Below are positions 10,143 through 22,270 of a stretch of DNA of 64,000 nt, one piece after another; position 1 is the stretch's first letter, and each line of letters begins with the position of its first letter. Both the position numbers and the translations under genes were made by a program. The stretch is from an uncultured Acidimicrobiia bacterium (GTDB lineage Bacteria; Actinomycetota; Acidimicrobiia; Spongiisociales; UBA5794), in assembly GCA_963753185.1 (NCBI GenBank), contig CAVWBO010000007.1, positions 1,360,312 to 1,424,311 of the forward strand, read 5' to 3'. Under the pieces are notes generated by a model, which worked only from the letters and a program-made list of their open reading frames with translations, made no database searches and was not told the DNA's origin.

Positions 10143-11192
10143 TCACCGGACGCACCCCGTGCAATCCGCGCGCCTCGAGACGGAAACGGCCCGTGACTCG
10201 TGGTTCCTGCCGTCGTAGAGGACGAGCCTTCCCTCCAACATCGATCCGACACCTGCTGCGATCCTGAGGGCTTCCGTGGCCTGCATGGCGCCGAGGGTTC
10301 CGACGACCGATCCCACGACGCCCGTGATGGAGCACTCGAGTGCGGCGCCGTCGGCTGGCGTCGGGAAGATGCACCGGTAGCAGGGTCCACCGGGGACGAG
10401 GACGCTGAGTTGTCCCTCCCATCGGTACACGGCTGCCGTGACGACGGGAATCCCAAGTCGCTGGGCCGAGTCGCTGATCGCATAGGTCGCCTCGAACCGA
10501 TCCGTCGCGTCGATCACGACATCGGAGCCCTTGAGGACCCGGTCAGCGGTGTCCGGCGTGATGGTCTCCTTCATCGGTTCCACGACGACCCCTTCGTTCA
10601 GGCCCGCCACGAACGCTGCAGCAGCGATGACCTTGTCGGAGCCGACCTCATCGAAGCGATAGATCGGCTGTCGGTGGAGATTCGAGACCTCCACGACATC
10701 CGGGTCGACGATGCGGAGCCGACCGACTCCCGCCCCTGCCAGATACTCGATCGCCGGTGCTGCAAGCCCGCCTGCGCCCACGATCGTGATCCGGCTCGCA
10801 CGGACGCGGACCTGGCCATCGACACCGATCTCGGGGAGCTTGATATGGCGGTCATACCGGGCCAGGTCGTCGGGATCGAGTGATGAGCCTCCTTCGAGTT
10901 CCAGGCCCACCACGGCCCATGCCTCGATGCCCCCGGCGAGCGAGGTCACGTTGGTGTAGCCAGCCTCCGTGAGCTGGTTGGCGACGAGACGCGACCGGAC
11001 GCCCATGTCGCAAACGACGAGGACCGATCCGTCCCTGTCGGGAACGTGGGCGTCGGGTTCAGCGAGGAGGAGGTCGATGGGAACATTCGTCGACCCGGGT
11101 ATCGAGCGAGCCCTGATCGTCGGCGGCCGCACGTCGAGGATCACGGCGTACCGACTCAGGTCGACATCTGCGGGGAGGACCTCGATGGACAC
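10143..11192 (-). CDS. moeB: MoeB/ThiF-family E1-like adenylyltransferase with N-terminal rhodanese domain
   Basis: Rhodanese LDVR..IPGS..VCDMGVRS. RYDRHI, GAGGL, VEVSNLHRQ, DATDRF, CYRC and CTGC Zn sites. Confidence 0.88.
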   Translation of the reverse strand: MSIEVLPADVDLSRYAVILDVRPPTIRARSIPGSTNVPIDLLLAEPDAHVPDRDGSVLVVCDMGVRSRLVANQLTEAGYTNVTSLAGGIEAWAVVGLELEGGSSLDPDDLARYDRHIKLPEIGVDGQVRVRASRITIVGAGGLAAPAIEYLAGAGVGRLRIVDPDVVEVSNLHRQPIYRFDEVGSDKVIAAAAFVAGLNEGVVVEPMKETITPDTADRVLKGSDVVIDATDRFEATYAISDSAQRLGIPVVTAAVYRWEGQLSVLVPGGPCYRCIFPTPADGAALECSITGVVGSVVGTLGAMQATEALRIAAGVGSMLEGRLVLYDGRNHESRAVSVSRRADCTGCVR

Positions 11193-11674
11193 CAGCGGAG
11201 GCTAGGGGGATGACCGAGGTCGCGGGACAGTATCACCTGCTGGGCCTGATGCTCGATCCGCAGACGCGGCGGGAGTCTGAGGACTTCTTGGCGTGTGAGG
11301 GGTCTCACCGTCGCTGCGACGGAGACCTCCCCGTGGGTTCCGAATGCGACGAGGCCGCGGTGGGCGAGCTCGACGAGGTGGACGGGGCGCCTGAGGGGAC
11401 GGCCGCGTTGCGCGGCGGTGGCGAGTCGGCACAGGTCAGCGACCGCCCCCGGACCGAGGATGGGTATCCAGAACCGCCTGACGTAGGGATGGGTGACGGG
11501 GAAGCCAGGCGTCGTGCCGGGCAGGAGCCGCGGCGTGATCGTGGGGCGAGCGATCACGGTCGGTCTGAGGCTGCGTTCCGTCGCGCCCGATCCGGGCGAG
11601 GGCTCACCGGGACAGGGAGGACCGACCTTCCCGTGAGTCGGATCGGGCGTCGACGGAGCAGATGCGCGATGCAT
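11156..11674 (-). CDS. conserved hypothetical protein (YVRRFWIPILGP motif, possible winged-helix DNA-binding protein)
   Basis: Protein-like core HPYVRRFWIPILGPGAVADLCRL...LVELAHRGLV...LPPRLRIEH. ATG at 11674 lies 6 nt after an extended -10-like element. Confidence 0.65.
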   Translation of the reverse strand: MHRASAPSTPDPTHGKVGPPCPGEPSPGSGATERSLRPTVIARPTITPRLLPGTTPGFPVTHPYVRRFWIPILGPGAVADLCRLATAAQRGRPLRRPVHLVELAHRGLVAFGTHGEVSVAATVRPLTRQEVLRLPPRLRIEHQAQQVILSRDLGHPPSLRWCPSRSSPQMST

Positions 11675-11767
11675 GGCAAAGAAGTACCATATATCATCAT
11701 CTGACATCAATAGGCTTGCCCGAGTTCGCGAAACGTCTGCGTGGCATGCCTGTCGTGCCGAACAGGG

Positions 11768-13549
11768 TCAGTGGACCGCCTCGCCGGTCTGGACGGTCCA
11801 CAGGGTCCGGTAGATGCCCTCGTGGTCTATCAACTGTTCGTGCGTGCCGGATTCCGCGACCCGTCCCCCGTCGATGACGTGGATGCGGTCGGCGTGCCGG
11901 ATCGTCGAGAGCCGGTGCGCGATGACCACCATCGTTCGGTTGTGGCTGACCCTGGCCAAGGATCGCTGGATCGCGGCCTCCGTCTCGTTGTCGACGGCCG
12001 ATGTCGCCTCGTCGAGGATGAGGACGGGCGACTCTGTCAGGAGTGCCCTCGCGATCGAGAGGCGCTGGCGTTGACCTCCCGAGAGCTTCTGCCCGCGCTC
12101 ACCGACGATGGTGGAGTAGCCGAGGGGAAGCGCCTCGATGAACTCGTGGGCCTCGGCCAGCAGCGCCGACGCCACGATGTCGTCCATGGACGCGTCCGGC
12201 CTTCCGTAGGCGATGTTGTCGGCCACCGTCCCGTGGAAGAGGAACACGTCCTGGGAGACGAGGGCCATTGCCGTGCGGAGGTCCGACTGGGCCATGTCCC
12301 TGAGATCGACGCCGTCGAGCGTGATGGACCCTTCATCGCAGTCGTAGAAGCGCAGGAGCAGCTTGACGAGCGTCGTCTTTCCCGATCCCGTCGAGCCGAC
12401 GAACGCCGTGGTCTCCGAGGGCTCGATGACGAGATCCACGCCGTGCAGGACGGGGAACCCCCTGTCATACGCAAAGCCGACGTTCGTGAATACGATGCGC
12501 CCCCTCGTCGCCGCGTGCTCGATCGGGCGCGGACCATCGTGGATGGTCCGCTTCGAATCGAGCACATCGAGGATCCGGTTCGTCGATGCCATCGCCCGCT
12601 GGTAGAGGTCGACGGTCTGTCCGAGCCTCGTGAGCGGCCAGAGCAGGCGCTGGGTGAGGAAGACCATGACCGAGTACAGCCCGATGTTCAGGGTTCCCTC
12701 GATCGCGAGGAATCCGCCCCAGACCAGCGTCGCGGTGAACCCGATCAGGATCGCGACGCGGATGAGGGGTGTGAAGGCCGAGGAGAGCTTGATGGCCGCC
12801 CGGTTCGCCTCCCGGTACGCAGACGATGCTTCGGTGATGCGCTCCACCTCGCGGTCCTCCGCCGTGAAGGCCTTGATCGTCGAGATCCCCCCGATGTTGT
12901 TCGCCAGCTGGGAGTTGATCGATGCGGCCTCTTCGCGTACGAGTGCGTACCGCGGCTCGATCCGACGTTGGAAGAGCAGCGATCCCCACAGGATGGCCGG
13001 CACCGGGAGGAAGGCCAGCCACGCGACCGATGGCGCGATGAGGAAGAACGCTGCACCGATGAGGACCACGGTCGTCAGCAGCTGGATGACCTCGTTTGCT
13101 CCGATGTCGAGGAACCGCTCGAGCTGGTTCACGTCGTCGTTGAGGACGGCCATCAGATCGCCGCTCGTGCGTTCCTCGAAGAACGCGACGTCGAGACCTT
13201 GGACATGGTCGTAGGTGTCGATTCTGAGGTCGTGCTGGATCGACTGTGCGAGGTTGCGCCACTCGACACCCATGAGGTACTCGAAGATCGACTCGAGGCT
13301 CCAGATGACGAAGGTCAATGCGGCGATCACGAGGATCTGGGTCTTGGGGTCCTCGATGCCGAGGGATCCGAGCAGTGAATCGCTCCCGTTCGCGACGACG
13401 TCGACCGCCATGCCGATGAGGAACGGCGGGGCGAGGTCCACCGCCTTGTTGAGGAACGACCAGACCGAGGCCAGGACGATGCGCCTGCGGTACCCGGCTG
13501 CATAGATCCACAGCCGGCTCAGCGGTGCTCGGTCCTGTGGGTCAGGCAT
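11768..13549 (-). CDS. ABC exporter, fused permease/ATP-binding subunit
   Basis: N-terminal TM domain, Walker [31 protein letters not shown]. Confidence 0.95.
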   Translation of the reverse strand: MPDPQDRAPLSRLWIYAAGYRRRIVLASVWSFLNKAVDLAPPFLIGMAVDVVANGSDSLLGSLGIEDPKTQILVIAALTFVIWSLESIFEYLMGVEWRNLAQSIQHDLRIDTYDHVQGLDVAFFEERTSGDLMAVLNDDVNQLERFLDIGANEVIQLLTTVVLIGAAFFLIAPSVAWLAFLPVPAILWGSLLFQRRIEPRYALVREEAASINSQLANNIGGISTIKAFTAEDREVERITEASSAYREANRAAIKLSSAFTPLIRVAILIGFTATLVWGGFLAIEGTLNIGLYSVMVFLTQRLLWPLTRLGQTVDLYQRAMASTNRILDVLDSKRTIHDGPRPIEHAATRGRIVFTNVGFAYDRGFPVLHGVDLVIEPSETTAFVGSTGSGKTTLVKLLLRFYDCDEGSITLDGVDLRDMAQSDLRTAMALVSQDVFLFHGTVADNIAYGRPDASMDDIVASALLAEAHEFIEALPLGYSTIVGERGQKLSGGQRQRLSIARALLTESPVLILDEATSAVDNETEAAIQRSLARVSHNRTMVVIAHRLSTIRHADRIHVIDGGRVAESGTHEQLIDHEGIYRTLWTVQTGEAVH

Positions 13550-13620
13550 GAGGCGAGGCTAGCGAGGAGCAGCACCCTGGCTGCGACGATGCGCGTTCGG
13601 CGCGCACGCTGAACCGCCCG

Positions 13621-16122
13621 CTACGGGGCGCGCCCGATCCTGACCTCGACGGCCTGGTTCTCGCCTACCGGGGCTCCTGGCGCCGGTGTCGACGTCACGA
13701 CTCTTCCATGTTGGGCGGGATTGGTCGTGACGATGTCGACGAACGACCATGTGATCGTGAGCCCCTGCTCGTCGGAGAACAGGGCGAGGCGTTCGTTCAC
13801 GGCTGCGGGGGTCAGCCCACGGAGGTCGATCATCGCGACCTCGGGTGCGATGCCGCTCGACACCTGGATCAGCACCGTCGATCCCTGCCTGATCGGCGTG
13901 CCGGGGAGTGGAACGGTGCCGACGAGCGAGCCAGCCGGAAGGGTGCTCGGGACCTCCGTCACCTCGCCGTACAGTCCGGCGCGGAAGACGGCCTCGACGG
14001 CTTCACTCGTCGATGGGGCGAGGGGCGGAACGGTCGCGAACGGTGTCTGGCGGTACACGTCGGTACCGGGAGGGTCAGCAGGGAAATCGAGCGCAGGTTG
14101 GCCCGCCAGCGCGTACTGCATGAACTGCTTCCAGATCGGTGCAGGCAGGGTGCCACCGAACGCACGTCGGTAGTACTGCTCAGCCCCTTCGAGGTCGTTC
14201 CACACCGTGAAGTCCTCGAGCGGGTCCTGACGGTCCGCGTAGCCGACCCAGACACTCGTCGTGAGCTGGGGCACGAAGCCCACGTACCACACGTCCCGGT
14301 AGTTCGTCGCCGTTCCGGTCTTACCCGCCTGCGGCCGCCCTATGTCCGCTCTTCGGCCGGTTCCGCTCGTCACCACCTTCTCCATGGCGCCGACCACGGA
14401 TGCGGCGATCTGCGATGACAGGACCTCTCGTGGCTCGTGTTGATGTTCGAACAGGACCGTCCCGTCCTGGTCGACGATGCGCTCGATCAGGTACGGCTCG
14501 ACCCTCGTGCCGAAGTTCGCCAGGGTCGAGTACGCCGCTGCCATTTCGAGCGGCGACACACCCTGCGCCCCGAGTGTGATCGAGAGGTACGGCTCGAGCT
14601 GTGACCGAATGCCGAGCCGGTTCGCCATCTCGACGACGACCTCTGGGCCGATGTCGTTGATCAGACGGGCGTACACGGTGTTCGTGGAGTTGAAGGTCGC
14701 AGATTCGAGTGTGCGGAGGGCCTTGCCAGACGATCCGCCCGCGTTGTTCACGGTCCAGGTCGCTCCGTCCGGCGGGCACGGGGTGGCGCACTCGATGACC
14801 GCCGGGCTCGAGTCATCCCAGTACGAGCCGAGCGTGACGGGGTTGCCATCACGATCACCGGACTCGAGAGCAGCCGCGAGGGTGAACGGCTTGAACGCGG
14901 AACCGGGTTGGCGAGCGCCCTGACCTGCGAGGTCGTATGGGCGCTGACCCGCCTCGATGTCGTCCCCGTACTCCACGCCGGATGCGAGCACCCTGATCGC
15001 TCCCGTTCGATTCTCGACGGTCGCGATCGCCCCCGTCGGCCCGTCGGAGCCCGGTCGGAACCACGCACGGAGGATGCGATTCGCCTCCTCCTGGAGGCCG
15101 TTGTCGAGGGTGATCTCGATCGTCAATCCGCCGCCGCCCTCGCAGGTCGTATCCGCCGCGGGGCATCCGAAGATGGCGACCTTGCGCTCCTCCCTGGTGT
15201 CGCCGAGTACCGAGAACTCCGCCGACTCGATCAGCTGGCGACGAACGGCGATCATGACCTGGGGAGCGGTCGTCTCGAAGCGTTGCTGCTCGATCACGCC
15301 GAGCGGCTGTGCCTTGGCAGCTCGGCCGTCCGCGGGAAGGATGAATCCGTTTGCGACCATCCGGTCGATCGTTCGGTTCCTGGCAGCGAGCGCGTTCTGT
15401 GGGTTGAATCGGGGGTGGTAGAACGTTGGATTGCGGATCGGCACAGGAAGAAGGGCGGCCTCGCCGATCGTCAGCTGGTCGAGTTCCTTTCCGAAGTACT
15501 CGAGGGAGGCTGCCCTGACCCCGTATGCGTTCGATCCGAAGAACACCGAGTTCGCCCAGAACTCGAGGATCTGGTCCTTCGTGTAGCGCCGCTCCACCTC
15601 GGCTGCCACGATCGCCTCGCAGACCTTCCGCTCGATCGTCACGTCGGAGGTGAGGAAGTTCTGCTTGACCACCTGCTGTGTGATCGTCGAGCCACCACCC
15701 GCAGGATTATTCGTCAACCGCCCGAGGACGGCGCGACCGATCGACGTGAAGTCGATGCCCTCGTGCTCGTAGAAGTCCTTGTCCTCGGCCGACAGGAGCG
15801 CAGATCGCACGATGTCCGGCATGTCCCCGAGCGCTATGGGGAGCGAGTTTCGCTCGGTGAGCTGTCCGAGCCGTACGCCGTCCGAGCTGTACACGTTCGA
15901 GAGGGTCGACAGGTCTGGGAAAGCGAGGTCGATCCCCCCGATGTCGCACAGGTAGGCATCCTCGATCTCCTGGACCGTTCCATAGGCGGTGTTGACGGAC
16001 AGGAATCCGAACAGCCCGAACCAGGTCGCCCCGATCACGACGACGACCGCGAGCCCGATCATCGCGGGGAGGCGGCGACGGGTGCGCTCGGTGCGCTCGA
16101 CCTGTCGAATCAGAGGTTCCAT
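13621..16122 (-). CDS. class A penicillin-binding protein (transglycosylase/transpeptidase, C-terminal PASTA-like)
   Basis: [26 protein letters not shown]. Transpeptidase motifs SAFK, STN, KTG. N-terminal TM anchor. Confidence 0.93.
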   Translation of the reverse strand: MEPLIRQVERTERTRRRLPAMIGLAVVVVIGATWFGLFGFLSVNTAYGTVQEIEDAYLCDIGGIDLAFPDLSTLSNVYSSDGVRLGQLTERNSLPIALGDMPDIVRSALLSAEDKDFYEHEGIDFTSIGRAVLGRLTNNPAGGGSTITQQVVKQNFLTSDVTIERKVCEAIVAAEVERRYTKDQILEFWANSVFFGSNAYGVRAASLEYFGKELDQLTIGEAALLPVPIRNPTFYHPRFNPQNALAARNRTIDRMVANGFILPADGRAAKAQPLGVIEQQRFETTAPQVMIAVRRQLIESAEFSVLGDTREERKVAIFGCPAADTTCEGGGGLTIEITLDNGLQEEANRILRAWFRPGSDGPTGAIATVENRTGAIRVLASGVEYGDDIEAGQRPYDLAGQGARQPGSAFKPFTLAAALESGDRDGNPVTLGSYWDDSSPAVIECATPCPPDGATWTVNNAGGSSGKALRTLESATFNSTNTVYARLINDIGPEVVVEMANRLGIRSQLEPYLSITLGAQGVSPLEMAAAYSTLANFGTRVEPYLIERIVDQDGTVLFEHQHEPREVLSSQIAASVVGAMEKVVTSGTGRRADIGRPQAGKTGTATNYRDVWYVGFVPQLTTSVWVGYADRQDPLEDFTVWNDLEGAEQYYRRAFGGTLPAPIWKQFMQYALAGQPALDFPADPPGTDVYRQTPFATVPPLAPSTSEAVEAVFRAGLYGEVTEVPSTLPAGSLVGTVPLPGTPIRQGSTVLIQVSSGIAPEVAMIDLRGLTPAAVNERLALFSDEQGLTITWSFVDIVTTNPAQHGRVVTSTPAPGAPVGENQAVEVRIGRAP

Positions 16123-16222
16123 GGAGTCCGTGGGTTGCGATCCGCGCCGTACCCGTCCTACCGGTACCATCGGCACGCGAAATCAGCATAGGAATCGACT
16201 TCGAATAGCGGATGGACTTGGC

Positions 16223-17773
<1,551 letters not shown>

Positions 17774-17792
17774 GGACCGAGGGGAGCGTCGC

Positions 17793-19160
17793 GTGTCCAC
17801 GGGTTCCGAATCCAAGAGGCTGCTCGTCATCGGAGGCGGGCCGGCAGGCCACTCCGCCGCAACCCAGGCTGCGACGTTCGGTCTCGAGGTCACGCTGGTC
17901 GAGGCAGAGATCGTCGGCGGGGCGGCGCACCTGTGGGACTGCATCCCTTCGAAGGCGATGGTCGCGAGTTCGATGCGACTGCGCGCCATCCGGCACGCAG
18001 CCAAGCTCGGGATCCTCGAACCGCCGCCCGCATCGCTCGACATGGAGAACCTCTCGTCACACGTCCATGGAATAGCCGAAACCATCGCCCGGTCGGTGAC
18101 CGACATGCTCGATTCCCAGGGTGTCGAAATCATTCGCGGGAGGGCACACTTCACAGGGTCGAGGTCGGCGGTCGCGGTGACGGTCGACGGAGAGGTGCCT
18201 CTCGAGTTCGACTACGCGCTGATCTCGACAGGCTCCCGACCGCGGGTACCCGATTGGGTCGCCATCGACGGCGAGCGGATCATGACGACCCGGGATGCGT
18301 ATCACGTCGCGGAGCTGCCGGAGAGGATCGTCATCGTCGGATCCGGCGTGACAGGTGTCGAGATGGTGCACATCTTCTCGTCCCTGGGTTCCCGGGTTGC
18401 GCTCCTCGTGAGCCGCCACCACGTCCTCCCACACCGGGACGCTGAGGTTGCCGCTGTCCTCGAGGAGGACTTCCTCGGCCGAGGCGTCGAGCTCCTCAAG
18501 GGCTCCCGGGCGACCGCCATCGAACGAGAGGGCGACGTCGTGACGGTCCGCACCGCGGATGGCCGGTCCGTGACCGGTTCGCATGCGCTGCTCGCCGTGG
18601 GTTCCGTTCCGAATTCCGAGGACCTCGGGCTCGATGCGGCGGGGGTCGAGCTTGACGGCGGATACGTCGTCGTGGATGAGCTCCAGCGCACGAGCGTTCC
18701 CCACATCTACGCCGCAGGAGATGTGACAGGGCAGATGCCGCTTTCGTCCGTCGCCACCATGCAGGGCCGCAAGATCGGACACCACATCGTGGGTCGCAAG
18801 GTGGCGCCAATCGACTACCGCAAGGTGAGCCAGGCCATCTTCACCGAGCCGGAGATCGCCTCCGTCGGTCTCGAGGAGGTCGACGCCGCAGCCGAGGGTC
18901 GCAAGGTCAGGATCACCAAGGTTCCGCTCGCCTCGAATCCGAGGGCGATCATCGCAGGCGACACGGCGGGGTTCATCAAGGTCGTCTCGGACCCTGCGAC
19001 GCACATCGTCCTCGGGGGCACCGTCGTCGGTCATCACGCCTCGGAGCTGATCGCCCCCATCGCGCTGGCAACGCAGGGCCGAATACGCGTTGATGTGCTC
19101 GTGGAGACCTTGATGGTCCATCCGAGCCTCGTCGAGAGCATCAGCGAGGCCGCCGAATAG
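17793..19160 (+). CDS. flavoprotein disulfide reductase, NAD(P)H-quinone dehydrogenase type (mycobacterial LpdA-like)
   Basis: GGGPAG FAD motif, single-Cys AAHLWDCIPSK, GSGVTGVE, IYAAGD. Confidence 0.85.
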   Translation: MSTGSESKRLLVIGGGPAGHSAATQAATFGLEVTLVEAEIVGGAAHLWDCIPSKAMVASSMRLRAIRHAAKLGILEPPPASLDMENLSSHVHGIAETIARSVTDMLDSQGVEIIRGRAHFTGSRSAVAVTVDGEVPLEFDYALISTGSRPRVPDWVAIDGERIMTTRDAYHVAELPERIVIVGSGVTGVEMVHIFSSLGSRVALLVSRHHVLPHRDAEVAAVLEEDFLGRGVELLKGSRATAIEREGDVVTVRTADGRSVTGSHALLAVGSVPNSEDLGLDAAGVELDGGYVVVDELQRTSVPHIYAAGDVTGQMPLSSVATMQGRKIGHHIVGRKVAPIDYRKVSQAIFTEPEIASVGLEEVDAAAEGRKVRITKVPLASNPRAIIAGDTAGFIKVVSDPATHIVLGGTVVGHHASELIAPIALATQGRIRVDVLVETLMVHPSLVESISEAAE

Positions 19161-19170
19161 CGGAGGCTCG

Positions 19171-20916
19171 TCAGCGGATCACCATGATCAGTTGGCCTGA
19201 CGAAACGGTGTCACCCACCTTGACCCGCACGTCGATGATGTCCCCCGTCACCGGCGCCTTGATCTCGTTCTCCATCTTCATGGCCTCGAGGACGCACACC
19301 GGCTCACCCTCGTGAACGGTGTCGCCTGCCTTGTGGTTGATCTTGACGATCGTTCCCTGCATCGGTGATGTGACCTCGCCTGCGCCGCTTCCTGCTTCCG
19401 AGGCCTTCGTGAGCTTCGGGGCCTTGCGCCTCGGGGCGACTCGTTTCCCGGAGCCCGGAGCCGTCAGCACCTCGGCCCAATAGGTGACCTCGAAGCGCCT
19501 GCCGCCAACCTCGACGGTGATGGTCCGCTGGCTCCGTTCCTCGTCCTCGGGAAGGCTCGGCGATGTCGGACGCTCGATTCCTGAGAAGTCCATCGACGAC
19601 TCCACGAGCCGAGTGCTCACATCGCCACTCAGGAACGATTCGTGCTCGAGGATCGCGAGGTGTGCGGGAATCGTCGTGTCGACCCCGCCGATCTGGTACT
19701 CGCGCAGCGCCCTGCGCGCGCGGACGATGGCTTCGTCGCGTGTCCGTCCCGAGACGATCAGCTTCGCGATCATGTTGTCGTAGTACTGGCTGATCGTGCT
19801 TCCCTGCACGACGCCCGAGTCGATCCGGATGCCCGGACCCGCCGGCTCGCGGTACTTCACGAGGGTCCCCGGTGTCGGAACGAAGCCTCGTGATGGATCC
19901 TCTGCGTTGATCCTGAACTCGATCGTGTGTCCCGTCGGCTGCGGGGTCTCGGACACCGACAGCGGCTCTCCCCTCGCCACCCGCAACTGTTCGGTGACGA
20001 GGTCGACCCCGAAGACCTCCTCCGTCACGGTGTGTTCGACCTGGATCCGTGTGTTCATCTCGAGGAAGTAGAACTCACCGTCCGAGAAGAGGAATTCCAC
20101 GGTTCCCGCCGACTCGTATCCCGCGGCGGTGCCAAGTGCGAGGGCGAGCTCACCCAGCCTGGCCCGATTGGCCGGCGTGAAGTTCGGGGCGGGGGATTCC
20201 TCGACGAGTTTCTGGTGACGACGCTGGAGGGAGCAGTCGCGCTCGCCGAAGAACACGCCGTTGCCGTGTTTGTCGAACATGACCTGCGCTTCGATGTGCC
20301 GAGCGTTCTCGAGGTATCGCTCCACGTACACCGCTGGATTGGCGAACCACGATTCAGCCTCTCGACCAGCGGATTCGAAGGCCTCGACCAGGCCGGACTC
20401 GTCGTGAACGACCTTGAGGCCCCGGCCTCCTCCACCGGCGGCCGCCTTGATCGCGACGGGGAAGCCATGGCTTGCGGCGAATGCTGCCACCTGGTCGACG
20501 GACGTGAGCGGTTCGAGGGTGCCGGGCACGCCAGCGACGCCAGCAGCCTCGGCGGCGATTCGGGACTCGATCTTGTCGCCCATCATGGCGATCGCAGAGG
20601 CGGGTGGCCCGATCCAGATGTGGCCGGCCTTGGCAACCTCCCTGGCGAAACCTGCGTTCTCGGCGAGGAACCCGTACCCGGGATGGATGGATGCCGCTTC
20701 GGACTCGCGGGCGATCTCGAGGATGCGGGACACGTTCAGGTACGACTCGGCTGCCGGGGCAGGGCCCACGTTCCACGCCTCATCCGCCATCGAGGTATGG
20801 ACGGCGTCGCGGTCGAGCTCCGAGTACACGGCGATGGTCCGCATGCCGAGGTCGCGCGCGGCGCGGATGATCCGTACGGCGATCTCGCCACGATTCGCGA
20901 TGAGGACTGATTCCAC
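19171..20916 (-). CDS. acyl-CoA carboxylase alpha subunit (biotin carboxylase + BCCP)
   Basis: VLIANRGEIA, HPGYGFLAEN, GGGGRG, RDCSLQRRHQK, EMNTRIQVEH, biotin site EAMKM. Confidence 0.96.
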   Translation of the reverse strand: MESVLIANRGEIAVRIIRAARDLGMRTIAVYSELDRDAVHTSMADEAWNVGPAPAAESYLNVSRILEIARESEAASIHPGYGFLAENAGFAREVAKAGHIWIGPPASAIAMMGDKIESRIAAEAAGVAGVPGTLEPLTSVDQVAAFAASHGFPVAIKAAAGGGGRGLKVVHDESGLVEAFESAGREAESWFANPAVYVERYLENARHIEAQVMFDKHGNGVFFGERDCSLQRRHQKLVEESPAPNFTPANRARLGELALALGTAAGYESAGTVEFLFSDGEFYFLEMNTRIQVEHTVTEEVFGVDLVTEQLRVARGEPLSVSETPQPTGHTIEFRINAEDPSRGFVPTPGTLVKYREPAGPGIRIDSGVVQGSTISQYYDNMIAKLIVSGRTRDEAIVRARRALREYQIGGVDTTIPAHLAILEHESFLSGDVSTRLVESSMDFSGIERPTSPSLPEDEERSQRTITVEVGGRRFEVTYWAEVLTAPGSGKRVAPRRKAPKLTKASEAGSGAGEVTSPMQGTIVKINHKAGDTVHEGEPVCVLEAMKMENEIKAPVTGDIIDVRVKVGDTVSSGQLIMVIR

Positions 20917-21013
20917 GGGCGCAATCCTAGGTGGAGACGTGCTGGCGAGGGGAACCAGCGGGCTCGTCCTCAGGGGTACGACCCTGTTCGGTGCATGTTC
21001 GTTACGGCCGGTG

Positions 21014-22216
21014 TCAGCGAACGTCCGGCAGGAGCACCGTGCCGGCATCGGTGAGGTAGGCGACGAATCGCTCCCCCGAGGAGAGTTCGCCCGAGACGAG
21101 GTCCGGCACGCGTGTGTGGATCGGCATGCGGTCGACGAATGTCCACGAGTCGGCGGCAACGTCGTAGAACCCCATGGTGGCCTGTTCATTCGGTCTGTCG
21201 GGGAAGTAGACCGCGAGAGAGCGACCGTGCCCGACGGCGGCCAGGGAACCGGGAACCGCATCGAGGGTCAGCGTCGAGTGTCGGGGCGGCGCGATCTGGC
21301 GCCACGCATCCGTGGTCGGTGAGTAGGCGAACCCGATGGTCGTGGGTCGCGCCTCCCCGTCGACGCCCACGACGATCAGCTCGTCGTCAACGAAGCCTCC
21401 TACGGCTCCGGACAGTTCCTGCTCGCCTGGCAGGGGAGGGAGCGATCGCCATCGATCCGTACTCCGTTCGTAGGCCGCACCGTCCTGTGACCAGGTCTTC
21501 CCCTCCATGTCGAAGACGTGTCCCCCGACGACGTACATCTCCGAGCCCGACCACGCGACGACGGGGTCGATCACGGGTTCCAGCGGTGTCGGCGCGATGT
21601 TCCTCCACGTGTTGCTCTCGGGGTCGTACGCGGTGCCTGAAGCGCTCAGCGTGTCGCTCGATCCGTAGAAGATCACCTCGGATCCCGTCCACGTCCCGAT
21701 CGGGGACCGCCCGAGTTCAGGCGCAGGGATGGCGGTTCGCCACTCGACGCTGAACGGATCGTACGCGGTCGTGATGCCGCGAACCACGACGAAGTCCTCT
21801 CCGGTCCACACGGCTGTCCGGCCCCGCTTGCCAGGGTCGAAGTCGAGCAGTCGCCGTTGGAGCTCCGAGTTCGGGTCGTACGCCCACCCGCCGATGCAGT
21901 CGACGCCCACGCCGTCGAGGCACACGTACAGCAGCTCGGTTCCGTTCCAGACCATCGTGGTTCCCGCGAGCGATGGATCGAGCACGGGGTTCGGGATGAG
22001 GAGCCACGGCACGTCCACCCTGTCCTCGGACGACGCCATCGGCGGAGGCTCCGTCGTGGCCGTCCGCGGGCCAAAGGCCGTGGTGCCCGTTCCCGAGTCG
22101 AGCCCAGGACCCCCACCTGCAGACGTCGACAGGATCGCGATGACGGCGAACAGCGCGAGCACCGAGACGAGGCCGATGGCGGCGCCACCGGGGGACGGTC
22201 GTCGTGGTGTCGTCAC
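21014..22216 (-). CDS. membrane-anchored Kelch-repeat beta-propeller protein
   Basis: N-terminal TM helix. Repeated W(N/T/S)G.E...YDP....WR blades. Confidence 0.75.
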   Translation of the reverse strand: MTTPRRPSPGGAAIGLVSVLALFAVIAILSTSAGGGPGLDSGTGTTAFGPRTATTEPPPMASSEDRVDVPWLLIPNPVLDPSLAGTTMVWNGTELLYVCLDGVGVDCIGGWAYDPNSELQRRLLDFDPGKRGRTAVWTGEDFVVVRGITTAYDPFSVEWRTAIPAPELGRSPIGTWTGSEVIFYGSSDTLSASGTAYDPESNTWRNIAPTPLEPVIDPVVAWSGSEMYVVGGHVFDMEGKTWSQDGAAYERSTDRWRSLPPLPGEQELSGAVGGFVDDELIVVGVDGEARPTTIGFAYSPTTDAWRQIAPPRHSTLTLDAVPGSLAAVGHGRSLAVYFPDRPNEQATMGFYDVAADSWTFVDRMPIHTRVPDLVSGELSSGERFVAYLTDAGTVLLPDVR

Positions 22217-22270
22217 GGGGAAACTGTATCGGGCACCCCGCGGCGATCCGGCGCGTCTGGTGCGGCGACC

